Shown in pieces: positions 13,045 to 25,801 of a DNA stretch of 64,000 bases. Each line of letters opens with the position of its first letter. The first letter of the stretch is position 1. The notes beneath the pieces were generated by a model. That model made no database searches and was not told where the DNA came from. It was given only the letters and a program-made list of their open reading frames with translations. Origin of the DNA: Felis catus (Eukaryota); contig NC_058368.1 in the NCBI RefSeq assembly GCF_018350175.1, positions 155,002,001-155,066,000 of the forward strand, read 5' to 3'. Made by a program: the position numbers and the translations under genes.

Positions 13045-13395
13045 TATGGAAGTGTCTCTGCCTCCAGAGTCTCCCACCTACTTCTCCTCTGGGGGAATCT
13101 TAGCCTTCAAAACGGGTCTAAATCTAGGCTCTTCTGGAATCCCTTCTTAGGGAATTCCGCCAACAATTCCAGGCCCAAGGCCTTTGAAGCCCTTTGCTCA
13201 TGTTCACATAGCATCACACTGGAGTGTCCTATGGTTAATGACATAGGGAAAGAAACAAACGTGTACGTCTGAGGGCTCCTTAACAGCAGGGAATATTTTT
13301 ATTCATCTATTGTCTATTATCTATCTATTCATCTATTATTCATTTATTATGTCCAGCATCTACCACAGTCTCGGGTAGCTGTGACACTATCATTT
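13045..13395 (+). mobile_element. L2 3' fragment
   Basis: 'ctgagggctccttaacagcagggaatatttttattcatct...ccagcatctaccacagtc'. Confidence 0.55.
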
Positions 13396-15519
13396 ATAGC
13401 ATGGCCTGAGCAGAGATCTTGAGATTCTCAGGCCTAGATGTGGAAGAGAGGTGGCCATTCTGATAGAAATAAGCAATCCAGGACTGAGGTGGAACAATAA
13501 ATAGCTTGGAAGTTACTGACAGATAGAGATGCCTAAGAGAGGGGCCAAGGAGAATGACAAATGCAATTTTCGACACTAAATAAACTGAAGTGATAGCTGG
13601 GGAGTCAAGTTGCAATGTTCCACTAGAAGCAAGAGGTAGGATACTGAAGTTGTGAAGGCCAAGAATGAAAATGCAGGATTTAAGTATTATTCACATAAAG
13701 ATAAAATTTGAAGACGTAATCCTTCAATTCAAAGAAGCTGTAACAACCAAGAGACCAAAGAGTTAAGAGCTAAATTGTGGACTAAACCCACAAGGAGGAA
13801 GCAAAGGGAAACAGAACTACCCTGTGGAGAACCACAAAAGGAATACAACATAACCTCCTCATCTAATTTTATGCAAATTCATTTTACAAAGCTTCTCTTT
13901 GCAAGCAATATTGTGTTTACTTCTTTTTACGTTCAAAATTCAGCTTCTCTGAAAGTAAATATTGGTAGACATCAAGTTTCTCTGGCCCTCTCTATCATGT
14001 TATTCTCAAATTAAGAGTATTTTGGCATCTAAATGTGTGTTAGTGACTATCAGGATACGGTTTACATCTTTCTACCTTATCAGCTATCACATATTTACCA
14101 AAAACCAGAATACACTGATGAAAGGACGTTGTGCAAGCTTCAATAATTTCTCCTGATTATCATTAACCACGCATATTGCATGTTTTAATTATTCTAACAG
14201 ATATTCAGTATCAACAGATTGTAATTCACTAGCAAGGTATAAAATAGGCATTAAAACTATTTCTAAACTATCATTTAGGATGATGTATGAAGCATTTCAC
14301 ATACCAGCGGACTAAGTATCATAAAATATTAGTCAAGTACTAACGTAGTCATTAATACTCCTCTTTAACAAAAGGCAATTTCACAGCCTCATTTACCAAC
14401 TGGAATATCCCAAGTCTACTTCATAATTAAGCTTTTTATTCATCTCTGTAAATTCCATTTAGTGCTTTTTGGCAATTTCTTAACATAAATGCCCTAGATG
14501 TTGTTAAACTGGATTAACAGCTTTATACGTAATATATATTATATGTATATATTTAACTGTAGGTGATTTGACTTGTATTGTAGCAATCACTTTTTTTAAT
14601 GCCCTATTATATGCTTAGAATTTATTTTATTGCAACTAATTTTGAACCTCAATATTTTGCAACATCTCTTTATGATGTTAGTTTTATAAATAGAAGGATA
14701 TGGGGAACTGGGGGTTGTGGTCAGCCTTAGCTCTCCTCACATTGTTTTGGCCTGAGGCATGCCTGAGGATAGAATCATTTCAGGTGGATTAGAACCCAGA
14801 TAAATAACCATAAAAGTCTTGCAACAATATCTCCTCTTTAAAAATATATATTCCAACTCTTTTCAATGTGGATGGAGTATCAGAGTAAACAACTTCATTA
14901 GGCATGTGAAAGCACATTTTAGAGAAAGTACATTTGGCTGAAAATTATAAGCATCTTTCTGCATCAGCCTTTTTTGAATTTAAGGACAATCTTTCAATTA
15001 ACTGAGCCTGCTGCTACATACTAAAATGTAGTTTGAGTTAACAGCGGTTTGATTGGACATTCAGAATTACAGCTTCTGGAAGTTCTTAAAAGGTCACCTG
15101 TTCCTTCTCCCTGCACTTAAGCAATTAAAATTGCACTTAAATATGGAGTGAAAGCACAGAAAAGGAAAAGCAGATTTATTGAAGGCAAACAATAGGCCAA
15201 GCACTGTTGGTACCAAGATGAATAAGTCAAGGCCCCCATCGCAATGAGTTCTCAGACTAAGTTGGTTTATGGGTGCACGAACAACTGGAATAATGCATGT
15301 ATAGTTTTTGGCTAGTGCCTGGCACATAAGTGCTCAGTAAATAGTCCTTATTTTAGCATTTCATAAAGTGCTTATCAAATGGAGGAAATCATCAAGCTAT
15401 TGCACACAGTCCAAAGAAAACGTGCTCACATTTTAGTCTGGAGGATCTCAAACCAAAGTGATTCCATTCATTCATTCATTCATTCATTCACTCATTCATT
15501 TCTGAAAGGCATTAATTAC

Positions 15520-15690
15520 AGTGTGGTCACTAAGAGAGCAGACCCTAAGCTCTATCACTTAACTAGATGTTCCCTCATTCATAAAGCAGGGATGTAGCTA
15601 CTTCTCAAGGGCATTTTGAGGGTTGATGGATTTCCATGAAATCCATGGAACACAGAAAAAGTGATTTAAAAATGCAGAGATTATTATTTT
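15520..15690 (+). mobile_element. MIR, internally deleted, preceded by (TTCA)n at about 15465-15500
   Basis: 'cagtgtggtcactaagagagcagaccct...ccctcattcataaagcagggat...ttctcaagggcattttgagggtt'. Confidence 0.6.
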
Positions 15691-15769
15691 TATCACTATG
15701 TATCAAATGGTTACAGGGCAAAGTGGTGGGTGTTTTGGGAGGGCCAGAAAGAGTACATCCTTTGCCACA

Positions 15770-16230
15770 GTCACACCCTCACTGTCCCACCATCACTCTC
15801 AGTGCCAGTCACACAGCCTTCTGTGGTTTCCTTGACCTTGTTACAGATGGCTCCTCTAGCCCATGACCTTCGTTCACACTGCTCCTTCTGTCTGGAGAAC
15901 TCTCCTTTCTTTTGCTAGACAATTCTTATTAATTCCTCCTATTCACTCAAGTCAACTATCCCTTTCTCTGAGAAACTTTTCCTGTATGTTTAGTTTAAAC
16001 CTTGTTTCTTAGTTACCTGATATCACAAAGCTGAGTTCCTCCACTGCACTATGTCAGTTTGTAATTGTTACGTGATGCTTCAGTCAATGTCGGTCTTCCC
16101 CAATAGAGGATAAGCTTGATGAGGGCAATCATCTTGCCTGCTCTTCTCAACCGTGTATCCCACTTCCAGCACAGTGAAGGGCAGAGTAATCCTTCAGTAA
16201 ATATATATTGAAAGGATCTATGAATGTACT
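15770..16230 (+). mobile_element. L2 3' end
   Basis: 'ccagtcacacagccttctg', 'taagcttgatgagggca' and 'cagcacagtgaagggcagagtaatccttcagtaaatatatattgaa'. Confidence 0.8.
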
Positions 16231-16324
16231 CACCATTTTCTGAGTTTAACAATACAGAACCCCCTGCTTTAAATCATCTGTAACAAAGATGAATTCCACA
16301 TTAGTGAGGCTAAGAAAGCAGCTG

Positions 16325-16500
16325 CCTGGATCCACTATTTCATTCAATTTTCAAAACCACCCTATGAAACTAGGAGTACCATATGCATTTTGCTAATGAA
16401 AAAGTTAAGCCTAAGAGTATCTAAGTAGTACAAGAACTCTAGTGAGAAGAGACTGGAATTGAAACACAGATGTAACTACCCCATTCTTTTCTGCTTATTA
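16325..16500 (-). mobile_element. MIR
   Basis: 'ttcaaaaccaccctatgaaactagg...cattttgctaatgaaaaag...ctggaattgaaacacag'. Confidence 0.65.
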
Positions 16501-17185
16501 CAGTTTCCTAAAAAAAGCTCTACAAAGATAGATAGATAAGATGTCATTTGATCATGGATTTTGGGGATGAAGCTAAAACTCCAGAAATTAAAAATAATTA
16601 AGATCAACTGAGTGTAGTATTTTATCTTCCCTTTTCATTTCTGAACAGCACAACTGTGATATTGGTTACCACTGGCCTTCTATATTCTCAGAGTAAGCTA
16701 GAGTCTCTGAATTTCTTTTGCATCATTTCATAGCCGCATTTACAACAGTCTAGGAAATGGCATTCTACAGAATGTGTTTTGGTCTTGATCCAGTCTCTCG
16801 TTTTCTACTCTAAGCTCATAAACACAATGTGTCATTCAGGCCTTTGACTCTGTGTCTGAAGCTGACAACTAGTGGATTCTATGTGATAGCAAACGATAAT
16901 CTAGATCTCTAGAAAAAGACGCCTCTAACCTTCAGGTGATTTCTGCAAGGACTGTTATTTTGTTATAGGTAAGTCCTCAGCCCTTAAAACATTATTTTTT
17001 AACTTACCAAATTGTTCTAAATTATAAAACCATACATATATTTGGTAAAACAAAAATTCAAAATAGTATCGAAGAGTGTAAAGTAACAAGTTAAATGTTC
17101 CATTCCCAAACCATCTCCTATTCCATTACCAGAGGAAACTTCTTTTTAATAATTTCTGTTTTTATTTTTTTAGGTTGACTACTTT

Positions 17186-17393
17186 GTTTTTATTTTTATT
17201 TTTATTTTTTATTTTAGAGAGAGAGAGTGCATGAGGAGGAGAGAACGGCACAGGAATAGAGAGAGAGAATCTTAAGCAGGCCCTATGCTCAACACAAAGC
17301 CCAGTGCAGGGCTCGATCCCACGACCCTGGGATCATGACCTGAGCCAAAATCAAGAGTCAGATGCTCAACCGACTGAGCCACCCAGGTGTCTG
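17186..17393 (-). mobile_element. Can-SINE (older feliform type)
   Basis: 'caagagtcagatgctcaaccgactgagccacccaggtgtc'; TSD ta(g/t)gttga(c/t)tacttt. Confidence 0.95.
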
Positions 17394-17715
17394 TATGTTG
17401 ATTACTTTTAAATAAAATGTTTATAACTCTGTGTCTTTATCACTTTCAGATAGCATGTAGTAACTTACCAACTGTGAAGAGAAAGAATTTAAAGCAATTA
17501 TACTACCTCTCACCTCTCTCCTCTTCCCACTTCTTATTTTTCTTGGTCATGCACATAATTTCAATTTTTCTATTAGCACATTTTGTCATGAAATATTAAC
17601 CTCAACCCTCTACTTGGTCTTTATCTATCATCAGTAAGCAATATCTATTTACTATACACTATTTAAGATTAGGAAATTAACACATCTACATCTTCATCTC
17701 TTTTGCCTGTTTTCT

Positions 17716-17943
17716 TTTTTTTTTTTAATTTTGTCTTAATGTTTATTTATTTTTGAGAGAGACACACACACAGAGTATGAGCAGGAGAGGTGCAGAGAGA
17801 GAGGGAGACACAGAATTCAAAGCAGGCTCCAGGCTCTGAGCTGTCAGCACAGAGCCTGAGGCAGGGCTTGAACTCACGAATGGTGAGATCATGACCTGAA
17901 CTTGAAGTCAGACGCTTCACCAACTGGACCACCCAGGCGTCCC
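17716..17943 (-). mobile_element. Can-SINE (SINEC_Fc-type)
   Basis: 'gcaggctccaggctctgagctgtcagcacagagcc'; TSD tctt(t/c)tgcctgttttct. Confidence 0.97.
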
Positions 17944-18392
17944 TCTTCTGCCTGTTTTCTATCAACTTCTATGGGCTAAACAATTATTCATCTTTCAAGT
18001 TGTAGAATATTTACATTCTATTCTATATTTTTTGCCTTCCACATTTTGTCTATAGATGGATTTTAAAATTTGAGAACAATGTATAGTATTTATACAATTA
18101 TTAGATAATTTTTACTATGAAATTAATAAAGTAATCAGAGAGTTTCCGGATTTCTATAGGATAATGGCTGCCCCTAATTTCAACACCAGACATCTTCCAA
18201 GAAACCATCTGAGATGAAGAGATAGGACCAGACATCTTCCAAGATGAAGAGATAGGAAATAATATCTACAATCCAGGCCAATAGCATAACTAGGAGACAG
18301 AAAAAACAAAATTTCAATTTACATGTAAGTGGGAAAAGTTACACCTGACACCAGCAGAGGCAGCCTCTGAGCATCATCCGATGTAGAGTCAG

Positions 18393-18863
18393 TGTTGGGA
18401 GACAAGTGCCCATGAGGTTTTGAGTTTCTGCACATTTTGTGAGCAAGGATTGAATTGCACTTTGTTCCAGATTATCTTTTCAATTATGTTTGTACAGCAA
18501 ACAGCTGTAGAAGACAGAGACAGTATTTGGAAGATAAATATAGTGAGTGTCACTATCTGGAATACAGTGTAGCCTATTTACTGCCCAGTATAAAGATTTG
18601 AGTTTGCAAAGCTTATGGTCTCCATCCTATACAACACCCAATTTCATGTGCAGACACACTATGGCCCTCTTTATGTTGCTCTGTCGAAATTGGACTTAGA
18701 GAACGAGCACAAAAAATACTGATACCCTGTTCATTGCTATGGCTGTGAATAATAAACAGTCCTTCAACTCTGACCCAGGAGTCTTGTGTCTTCTACCAGC
18801 ATCCATAAAACTTGCAGGTTAGCTTACAAGTAGGGTAAAAGTTCAGACTCTTCATTCTTAACA
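18393..18863 (+). mobile_element. Solo ERVL-class LTR, LTR40-like
   Basis: TG...CA termini ('tgttgggagacaa' ... 'ttcttaaca'), TATA-like 'tataaag', and 'aataaacagtcc...tctgacccaggagtcttgtgtcttc' as recalled for LTR40. Confidence 0.75.
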
Positions 18864-19524
18864 CAGGTAGGGACTATGAGGAAGGGAGAAGAGTGCTGTG
18901 GGGTCCCAGAGGTGGCAAAACACAGATGACATCAACTAAGATTCCACCAAAGAAAGGAATGGTCCGACCCTGAGTGGGAAAAACTGAAAGATCTGAGACA
19001 CGGTAGATCCAAGTAAATGGTTATGGGGGGGAAAAAAAGGCCTTGAAAAGTATGCATGAAATGAAGAGATATGGCAGCCTAGGGTAAGGCAACAGCCTGG
19101 AAGGGGAGGTATGCAGCAGTTACAGTATCCCTGAAAGGCGAACAGAAGAAGGAAATAAATGAGCATGAGTGATGAGTGTCCCTTTGAAGAAAGATAGCAT
19201 GAAGATTAGGAGACAAAGCAAAAACTAAAAAAGTAAAAGATAAGAGGATTACTCCTTAAAAAAATAAAAGTCCTCCACCCTTCCCTATAGCAACAAAAGA
19301 GGGAACAATTAAAATTGGGAAGCCTAGAAAGCCTCCATATCCCTCCTTCATCCAATTCTCCCTTTTCCAGGATATATGGAACACTGATATGTATTAAGCC
19401 ACAAAGAAAGCATTAATTCCAGTAAGTAAAAAATAACAGAAATAGTATTTTTATCACAGTACAATATAATTAAAATTAATAGCAAAATCATAAATAAAAC
19501 AAACCACCCTTCCACTTACAGAAT

Positions 19525-21470
19525 TTCTAAAATAAATTAATATAAACTACACACATTTGTAATCTGTTGGATTCAAGTAAAACAGTTCTCAGAGGAAAAT
19601 TCATTGCTTTTAATATTTATGTTAATAACAAAATAATACAAATAAATAAAATTAATTTCAAGCTCAAAGGCAGAAAAAAAATTTAAAAATAAGAAAAATC
19701 AGTAAAAAGTAATGAGTTAGAATTAGAAAATAAGGCACCTAATATATAAAATTGGTTCTTTGAAAATTTTAATAACATATAGCAACTAGCAGCTAATCCA
19801 AACAAGAAATAAACAAGGAAGTACATGTATTCAAATAAGAAATGACAAGGACAAAATAACCATTTAAATAGAAGAAAATTTAAAAATCTGAAGAGACCGC
19901 CTAGCACAACTTTATGCAGATAAATTTTAAAACAAAGGAAATAAAAAATCGAGTCCAATTTGAAAGATGAAATAAAGGTTTCCAAAAGCTATTCTCCAAA
20001 AAACACGAGCCCCAGATGGTTTCTCAGGGGAAGTACAACACACTTCAAAAATCAGATAATCCCAATCTCACATACACTGTCTCAGCGCATAGAAACAAGG
20101 AAAATACATAAGTACTTTTTTAAATGAAAGGAGTATCATATATATACCCAACCTGAGGGGGAAAAAAAAAAAAAAAAAAAAACGACACAAGCAAAAGCAA
20201 CCCAAATCAGTCTTCACTTACATACATCGTATTGGTTTTCTAGGGCCGCCATAACAAAATAAACTACAGACTGGGTGGTGTAAACAACAAAAATTTATTT
20301 TCTCAAAGCCCTTGAGGCTGGAAGTCTGAGATCAAGGTGCTGACAGGTTTGGTTTCTCCTGAGGCCGCTCTCCTTTGCTGGCAGAGGGCCACCTTCTTGC
20401 TATGCCCTGTTCTCTGGGCATGACCTGTTCTCTGGGCTCACACCCCCCCTCACACACACACACCCCACCCCCAGTGTCTCTGCCTCTTATTAGGACAGGA
20501 GTCAGCCTGCCCTGATAACCTCATTCGGTCATAATTACCACTTTAAAAGCCCTATCTCCAAATGCAGTCGCATCGGGGGATGGGGCTCCCAACAGGAGAA
20601 TTTGGAAGAACCCAATTCAGTCCTTGATAGACTAAATAAAATGTTAACAAACAACTCAATAACACAGAAAAATATAATTGTATATCATTCATTACTAAAT
20701 AGAGTATATTTCAGGAATATACTCTAGGAATCTATATAAAGATATTTCCTTATATATGTATAAAACATCTGCACAGTTATTGATTACTATAGGATTTTGC
20801 AATAACATTAGACTTCAAACAACCCAGATGCTCATCAATAGGAGATGGTTTGCATCAACCATGGCACCTCCTCAAAATGCAGACATAGAAGAGGTGAAAA
20901 GGATCTCTACATATTGCTACTAAGTGATCTTCAGGACATGATCCTATGACTTGAAAAAGCAAGGGACAGCACAGTATATTCAGTTGCTACAGAAGAAAAG
21001 AAGAGAGAAAAATGTATACACACACATATACGTGTGTATAAGAGAAAAGTATATATAGACAGACACACAATTTATTTGTGATAAAAGAAACATCTATGGG
21101 TTGAGTGAGAAAAAAAGAATGAAGGCAATAGAGACAGAAGTGAGACTTCTCTGAGTAGGTCTGTAAATATAATTTTGACCTTAGAACCATGTAAATATGG
21201 CACTGAATAAAAAACTAATTCAAAAAGAACAAAGCAAACTTTAAAGCTGAACAAAAAAATTAACCAGTGAACCTAATTCTGAATTAAACTTGTAATAAAA
21301 TCATCTAGAGGAAAGACTTATTTTACGTGTTTTTTTGGATAAAGCCCTCTGAACATCCTTTGTGGGATATATTCTAAGGATTAAAAAAAAATGTATCTTA
21401 AACCTCACTCACTAGTTTTCTTTTTGGCAGTAATTATGATGCTGTTATTTTGAGGGTTACCAGAACTAAT
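19525..21470 (+). mobile_element. Old L1M: ORF2 remnants (19525-20225, 20630-20730) and 3' UTR (20780-21470), interrupted by a MaLR LTR
   Basis: 'aaaacagttctcagaggaaaattcattgcttttaat' encodes KTVLRGKFIA, as in L1 ORF2; also 'gccccagatggtttctcagggga' and 'aaacaacccagatgctcatcaatagga'. Confidence 0.8.
20228..20628 (-). mobile_element. MaLR solo LTR (MLT1A/B-like)
   Basis: 'gtattggttttctagggccgccataacaaaata...ggctggaagtctgagatcaaggtg' and terminal 'caattcagtcc'. Confidence 0.9.
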
Positions 21471-22099
21471 TTCTGCAGTGCTTAAAAAGGTATGTTCAAT
21501 GCATGCCAGATTTAAAATCTGGTAGTTCCTCATAAATGGCAAATTTATAAGATACACTGGGAAAAAATGGAAAAGGAGGGCATAGGACGAGTAGTAGTAA
21601 CAGTCAAATCCTTAATATAAGAAAAAAGAATAAAAATCTAGTATCCTTTCTTGTTAAATGAACAAGGTAACAATTATAGGTAGTTTTAAAATTTTAACTC
21701 AACCAATACTCAGGTTTTGAGAAGCTTAAAAACTGCTCAGGCCATAAATGTGTTAATGCTATAGGCTAATTATATTTGGGGTGTTTACTGAATGTTTTGC
21801 AATATATGTTCTGAAGGGTACTACTCTATGAAACCATTTCCTGGCTATGTGAAACTAGTCTGACCCTGAATGACACCTCTTATTTTCCTAAATAAGATGA
21901 ATGATAAGAATTAAGTAAGTTCTCCATATGTATTTGCATATGACAGCCAGAAAAATAACCCAAACTTTGGGGTTTCTAGGGAGTCCTCTTCCTATTTTAG
22001 AGACCATACATACCACACAAGACAGTAGAGGAAGGGAGTGTTTTTGAATGATGGTGCTTAGATGACAGAATACAATGGTATCATTAAAAAAAATCAAGA

Positions 22100-22328
22100 G
22101 GGGCGCCTGGGTGGCTCAGTTGGTTAAGCATCCAACTTCAAATGTTCAACTTCAGCTCAGGTCACGATCTCACAGTTCATGGGTTCAAACCCTGAGTCAG
22201 GCTCTGTGCTGACAGCTCAGAGCCCGGAGCCTGCTTCAGATTCTGTGTCTCCTTCTCTCTGCCCCTCCCCCACTCACACTTCATCTCTCTGTCTCTCAAA
22301 AATAAATATTTAAAAAATAAATAAACAA
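22100..22328 (+). mobile_element. Can-SINE (SINEC_Fc-type) with a 14-bp internal duplication
   Basis: Full head, body, (CT)n tract and A tail. Confidence 0.97.
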
Positions 22329-22459
22329 GAAAAATTCTATGTCATTTTAGGTATTAAATTCTACAAATTCAAAATGTGAGAAATCAGGCTTACCTGATGT
22401 TCATTTTTATTTAGTTTTATTTAATTTTACCTTATTAATTTTTGGAGAACTGACTATAT

Positions 22460-22630
22460 ACATTACGATGTAGGTGTGCAAAGATGAATACAGTTATAGA
22501 CTTTAAGATGTGAAACATTAACCAAAACAAGAGAAGTATGAACTCCCTTACTCTATGCACAGCAGACCAAATCTAGACACCGTTTCATTCCAGGCATCTC
22601 GTTTTAAAAATGATATTGATAAAGTAATGA
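22460..22630 (+). mobile_element. L3/CR1 ORF2 C-terminal remnant
   Basis: Degenerate translation KTREV..P..Y...RPNLD...F.ASRFKNDIDKV resembles CR1 '[35 protein letters not shown]'. Confidence 0.7.
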
Positions 22631-22784
22631 CAGCTCAACATTCTGACCTCTTAGTTTTTGACCTTTTCATCTTCAAAGACCTACCTCCAACTTTCCTTAG
22701 CCTCCCCCTCCCATGAATGGTAGGAGGCAGGTTAGGAGGAATCTGTACATAGTTCATCCGTGTTGATTCTCTTGTCCTAAGCTC

Positions 22785-22961
22785 CCAGTTCCCAACCCTG
22801 GTTGCACATTAGTGTTACTGGGGAGGCATTAAAATATATTCATGTCTGAAACCCACTATGGAATAATTAAACAGAATTGGCATGAGGAAAGGGAAGAGAT
22901 CTGTTCAATTTTAAATGTTCCACAGATGTTTCTAATGTGCAGTCAAGGTTGAGAATCCCTG
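22785..22961. mobile_element. MER5B-like hAT-Charlie MITE
   Basis: Near-palindromic ends 'ttcccaaccctggttgcacattag' and 'ctaatgtgcagtcaaggttgagaa'. Confidence 0.85.
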
Positions 22962-25573
22962 TGCCAAACAGATTCTATGAGCTTCATGGACAGGGATTAT
23001 TAGTATTTTTTTGACAGTGATGGTGAGATCTGGAAAAGGTGTGCTTTCTGAGTTCCTTGACTTTCAGATTCTGATTAAGACAAGGTGGGACAATACACTA
23101 AGCTATTTAGGCATTATATTTTGGGTACTTTTTCAAAACATTAATTTATGCCCCAAGAATTTATTAACATCATTTATTAGAGAAGGGGAAAAGAATACTT
23201 GGGTAATATCTTGATAAAAACTTTCAAATCCAGTATCATAAATAAAATCGATGAGATGCTTTTTCCAGGTCAGAACTAAAAGCGTCCGGTGATTTTCACA
23301 TAAACAATTTCACAATGAGAATGTGACCTAGTAACTACCTCAGTGAAACACTTTTTTGTTGTTTTTTTAAGAGAGCTGTGTTCTCATGATAGTTTTGAAT
23401 CATAAACATATACTATACGGTTGAGTGTCTTAGGGGAATGAAAGAGGAAGTTAGTCTCACATGTCCAAGCTGATAGAAGAAGACAGAAAGGATGTAATTA
23501 AATGTAAAATACATATATACTTTGTTTTCTTAAGAATGAAGCAAGTGGTAAAAACTGTGGTAGATCTTTTAATCTGTTGCTATGCCAACAAGAAAATTTT
23601 AAATGGATCCAAGAAATGGGACAATTTTCAGGCATATAAGCACAACCTTTTTCAAATAAGTAGAATTGTATTCATATTATCCCCCCCTCAAGGGGATAGA
23701 GTCTTGAGGGAATTGGTGCAGAATTAATCGATCAGGTTTTTGTTTTGTTTTGTTTTTTTCCCCCTCCTGTAACCACAGCAGGCATAAGGAACAGAATCTC
23801 ACGCTATATTTTACTGAGATCTAGATCTGGATTTAGGTTAAACTTTTTGAGGATTGTGGGCAGCACTGTTCCCCAGTGTGTAGGTAGCAGGACAGCATGT
23901 TTCTACCATTTTAAGACTGATTAACATAGAACAAAGAGACAAAAGTCAATAAATCTTCACCTGTATTCCTTAGCATAATACCAAGATGATATAGTTTTCA
24001 AATATAAAAGCATCTTAATAAAATACATCTCATATGCAAATTACCAGCATCCTTTCTGGGTCAGACAAAGACAGGCATTATTTCTCCTAAGGAGAAACAA
24101 AGATTAAAATGACGGATGACCTGAAATCTACAAATTATAGAAATCTGAAATTATAAATTCACTCAAATTCTATTTATATGAGATAGGCTTTTAACAATGG
24201 ATTATTCAGTGCAATGACCAACTTCCTCACTTCACAAATAAATACAAGTGTTCGGTTTTTTGAGGGCAAGTTGTTTTGTTTATATTGTAAAAATATACGT
24301 AGGAAAACATGTTAGTACATCCAGAGGGTCTTTCTTTAACTATAGAGCAAGTCAGGAATAGATTGTCTCAGCAAAATAAGACGAAAATTTTGTTCAACTG
24401 CCTTTCCTGAAGGTATTTCCGTAAAGAAAGAAAGAGAAAATTCACAGTAATTAAAAAGTATTTTCAATTAAACCCTTGTCTGTATGGGTGAGTCTGCCTT
24501 ATTGCCAATGAAACAAAAACCCCTACTTCAGCTTCTTTTGAAATGTTTATTTTTAAATGACTGAAGTATCAAATGGAGCGACTATGAACGATTCCTTATC
24601 ATATTATCATTATTTTTTTTATTCTGAAGCTGAGAAAACATCTGAAAGTGGGTAGCATGAGGGAGAAGTGGCATTCCCCTTTCTTCCACAAGGTTTTTGT
24701 CATCTCTCCTTAGTTTTGGCTGTACTGTTTAAACGTGGAATTAAGCAGATCCACAAATACACTGTTTGAGCTCATCTTTAAATCCTGAGCATATTCGCAA
24801 AGAGAGAAAGATTGCCCGTTAGCTACGCAAGATCACCCACTTGTACTTTATCTTTGTTTTCTGAATAGCGAGCCACTACTATTACTTACATTAATATTAC
24901 ACGATAAATGACAGCTTTATCATTGCATTAGGGCCCTTGAGCAGTCAGCTAACATGACTATGCATTTATCTAAGAAACATAAGCCCCACTTACACCTGTT
25001 TCTCTATTTAGTGTACATTATTTCTTGGAATATCTAGATATCATGGGGTACCGTTGTAGCTTATGTAACCTACCAAAAGATATATGAAATTTGATGAACA
25101 TACGTGATCATCGTCTTCTTAAGCATGCCAGATTTTCCAATCTTGTACCACAAAATGTGTCCTTCCAAAAACCAGCATTTTGAAAAAAGGTTAATGAGCA
25201 TGGTCTAACACATACAGGAAACTCTGATCTTTACCAATGAATTCAAACATTTTAATGATGGAATACGTTCTTTCTGAGCAGAGCCCAATATAAAAAACAT
25301 AAACAAATAACGACCCTCACTCTTGGAGAGAGTGCCTCCCCCACCTCCTGCTACATGCCACAAAGAAATCTTAGCATTCTGCAAAGAATATTTTGAAAAC
25401 CGCTAGTCTTCATTTTCACCACATTCTTTCATCATATTCTAACTTTTCTCTTTCAATACAGAGTACTATATATTTCAGTCTGTGAACAATACCAACTTCC
25501 CTATCTCCTCAGTTATATTAGTCATGCTTTATTCATCTATAAACTGGGCATTACAGTAGTATCTGACTTTTCT

Positions 25574-25801
25574 TTTTCTTTTTCATTTTTTTTTAATGTT
25601 GTTTATTTATTACTGAGAGACAGAGAAACAAAGAGCATGAGCAGGGGAGGGGTAGAGAGAGGGGAGACACAGAATCCGAAGCAGGCTCCAGGCTCTGATC
25701 TATCAGCACAGAGCCCGATGCGGGGCTCGAACTCACAAACTGAGAGATCATGACCTGAACCAAAGTTGGTCGCTTAACCAACTGAACCACCTAGGCACCC
25801 C
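25574..25801 (-). mobile_element. Can-SINE (SINEC_Fc-type) inserted in a MIR remnant
   Basis: Body and head visible; TSD agta(t/c)ctgact(t/c)ttct. Confidence 0.97.

Larger units (their letters stand above)
11750..13810 (-). mobile_element. Fragmented L2 LINE (about 11750-12150, 12750-13040, 13395-13810) with nested MIR and L2 pieces
   Basis: L2 antisense motifs 'cctgtccttagagaacttataca', 'agactataagagattgctgaggccaatc' and 'gtattattcacataaagataaaatttgaag'. Confidence 0.6.
16990..18130 (-). mobile_element. Old L1ME/HAL1-like remnant interrupted by two SINEs
   Basis: 'attataaaaccatacatatatttggtaaaacaaaaattcaaaatagtatcgaagagtgtaaag...ccagaggaaact' resembles the antisense 3' end of L1ME4/HAL1. 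Confidence 0.5.
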
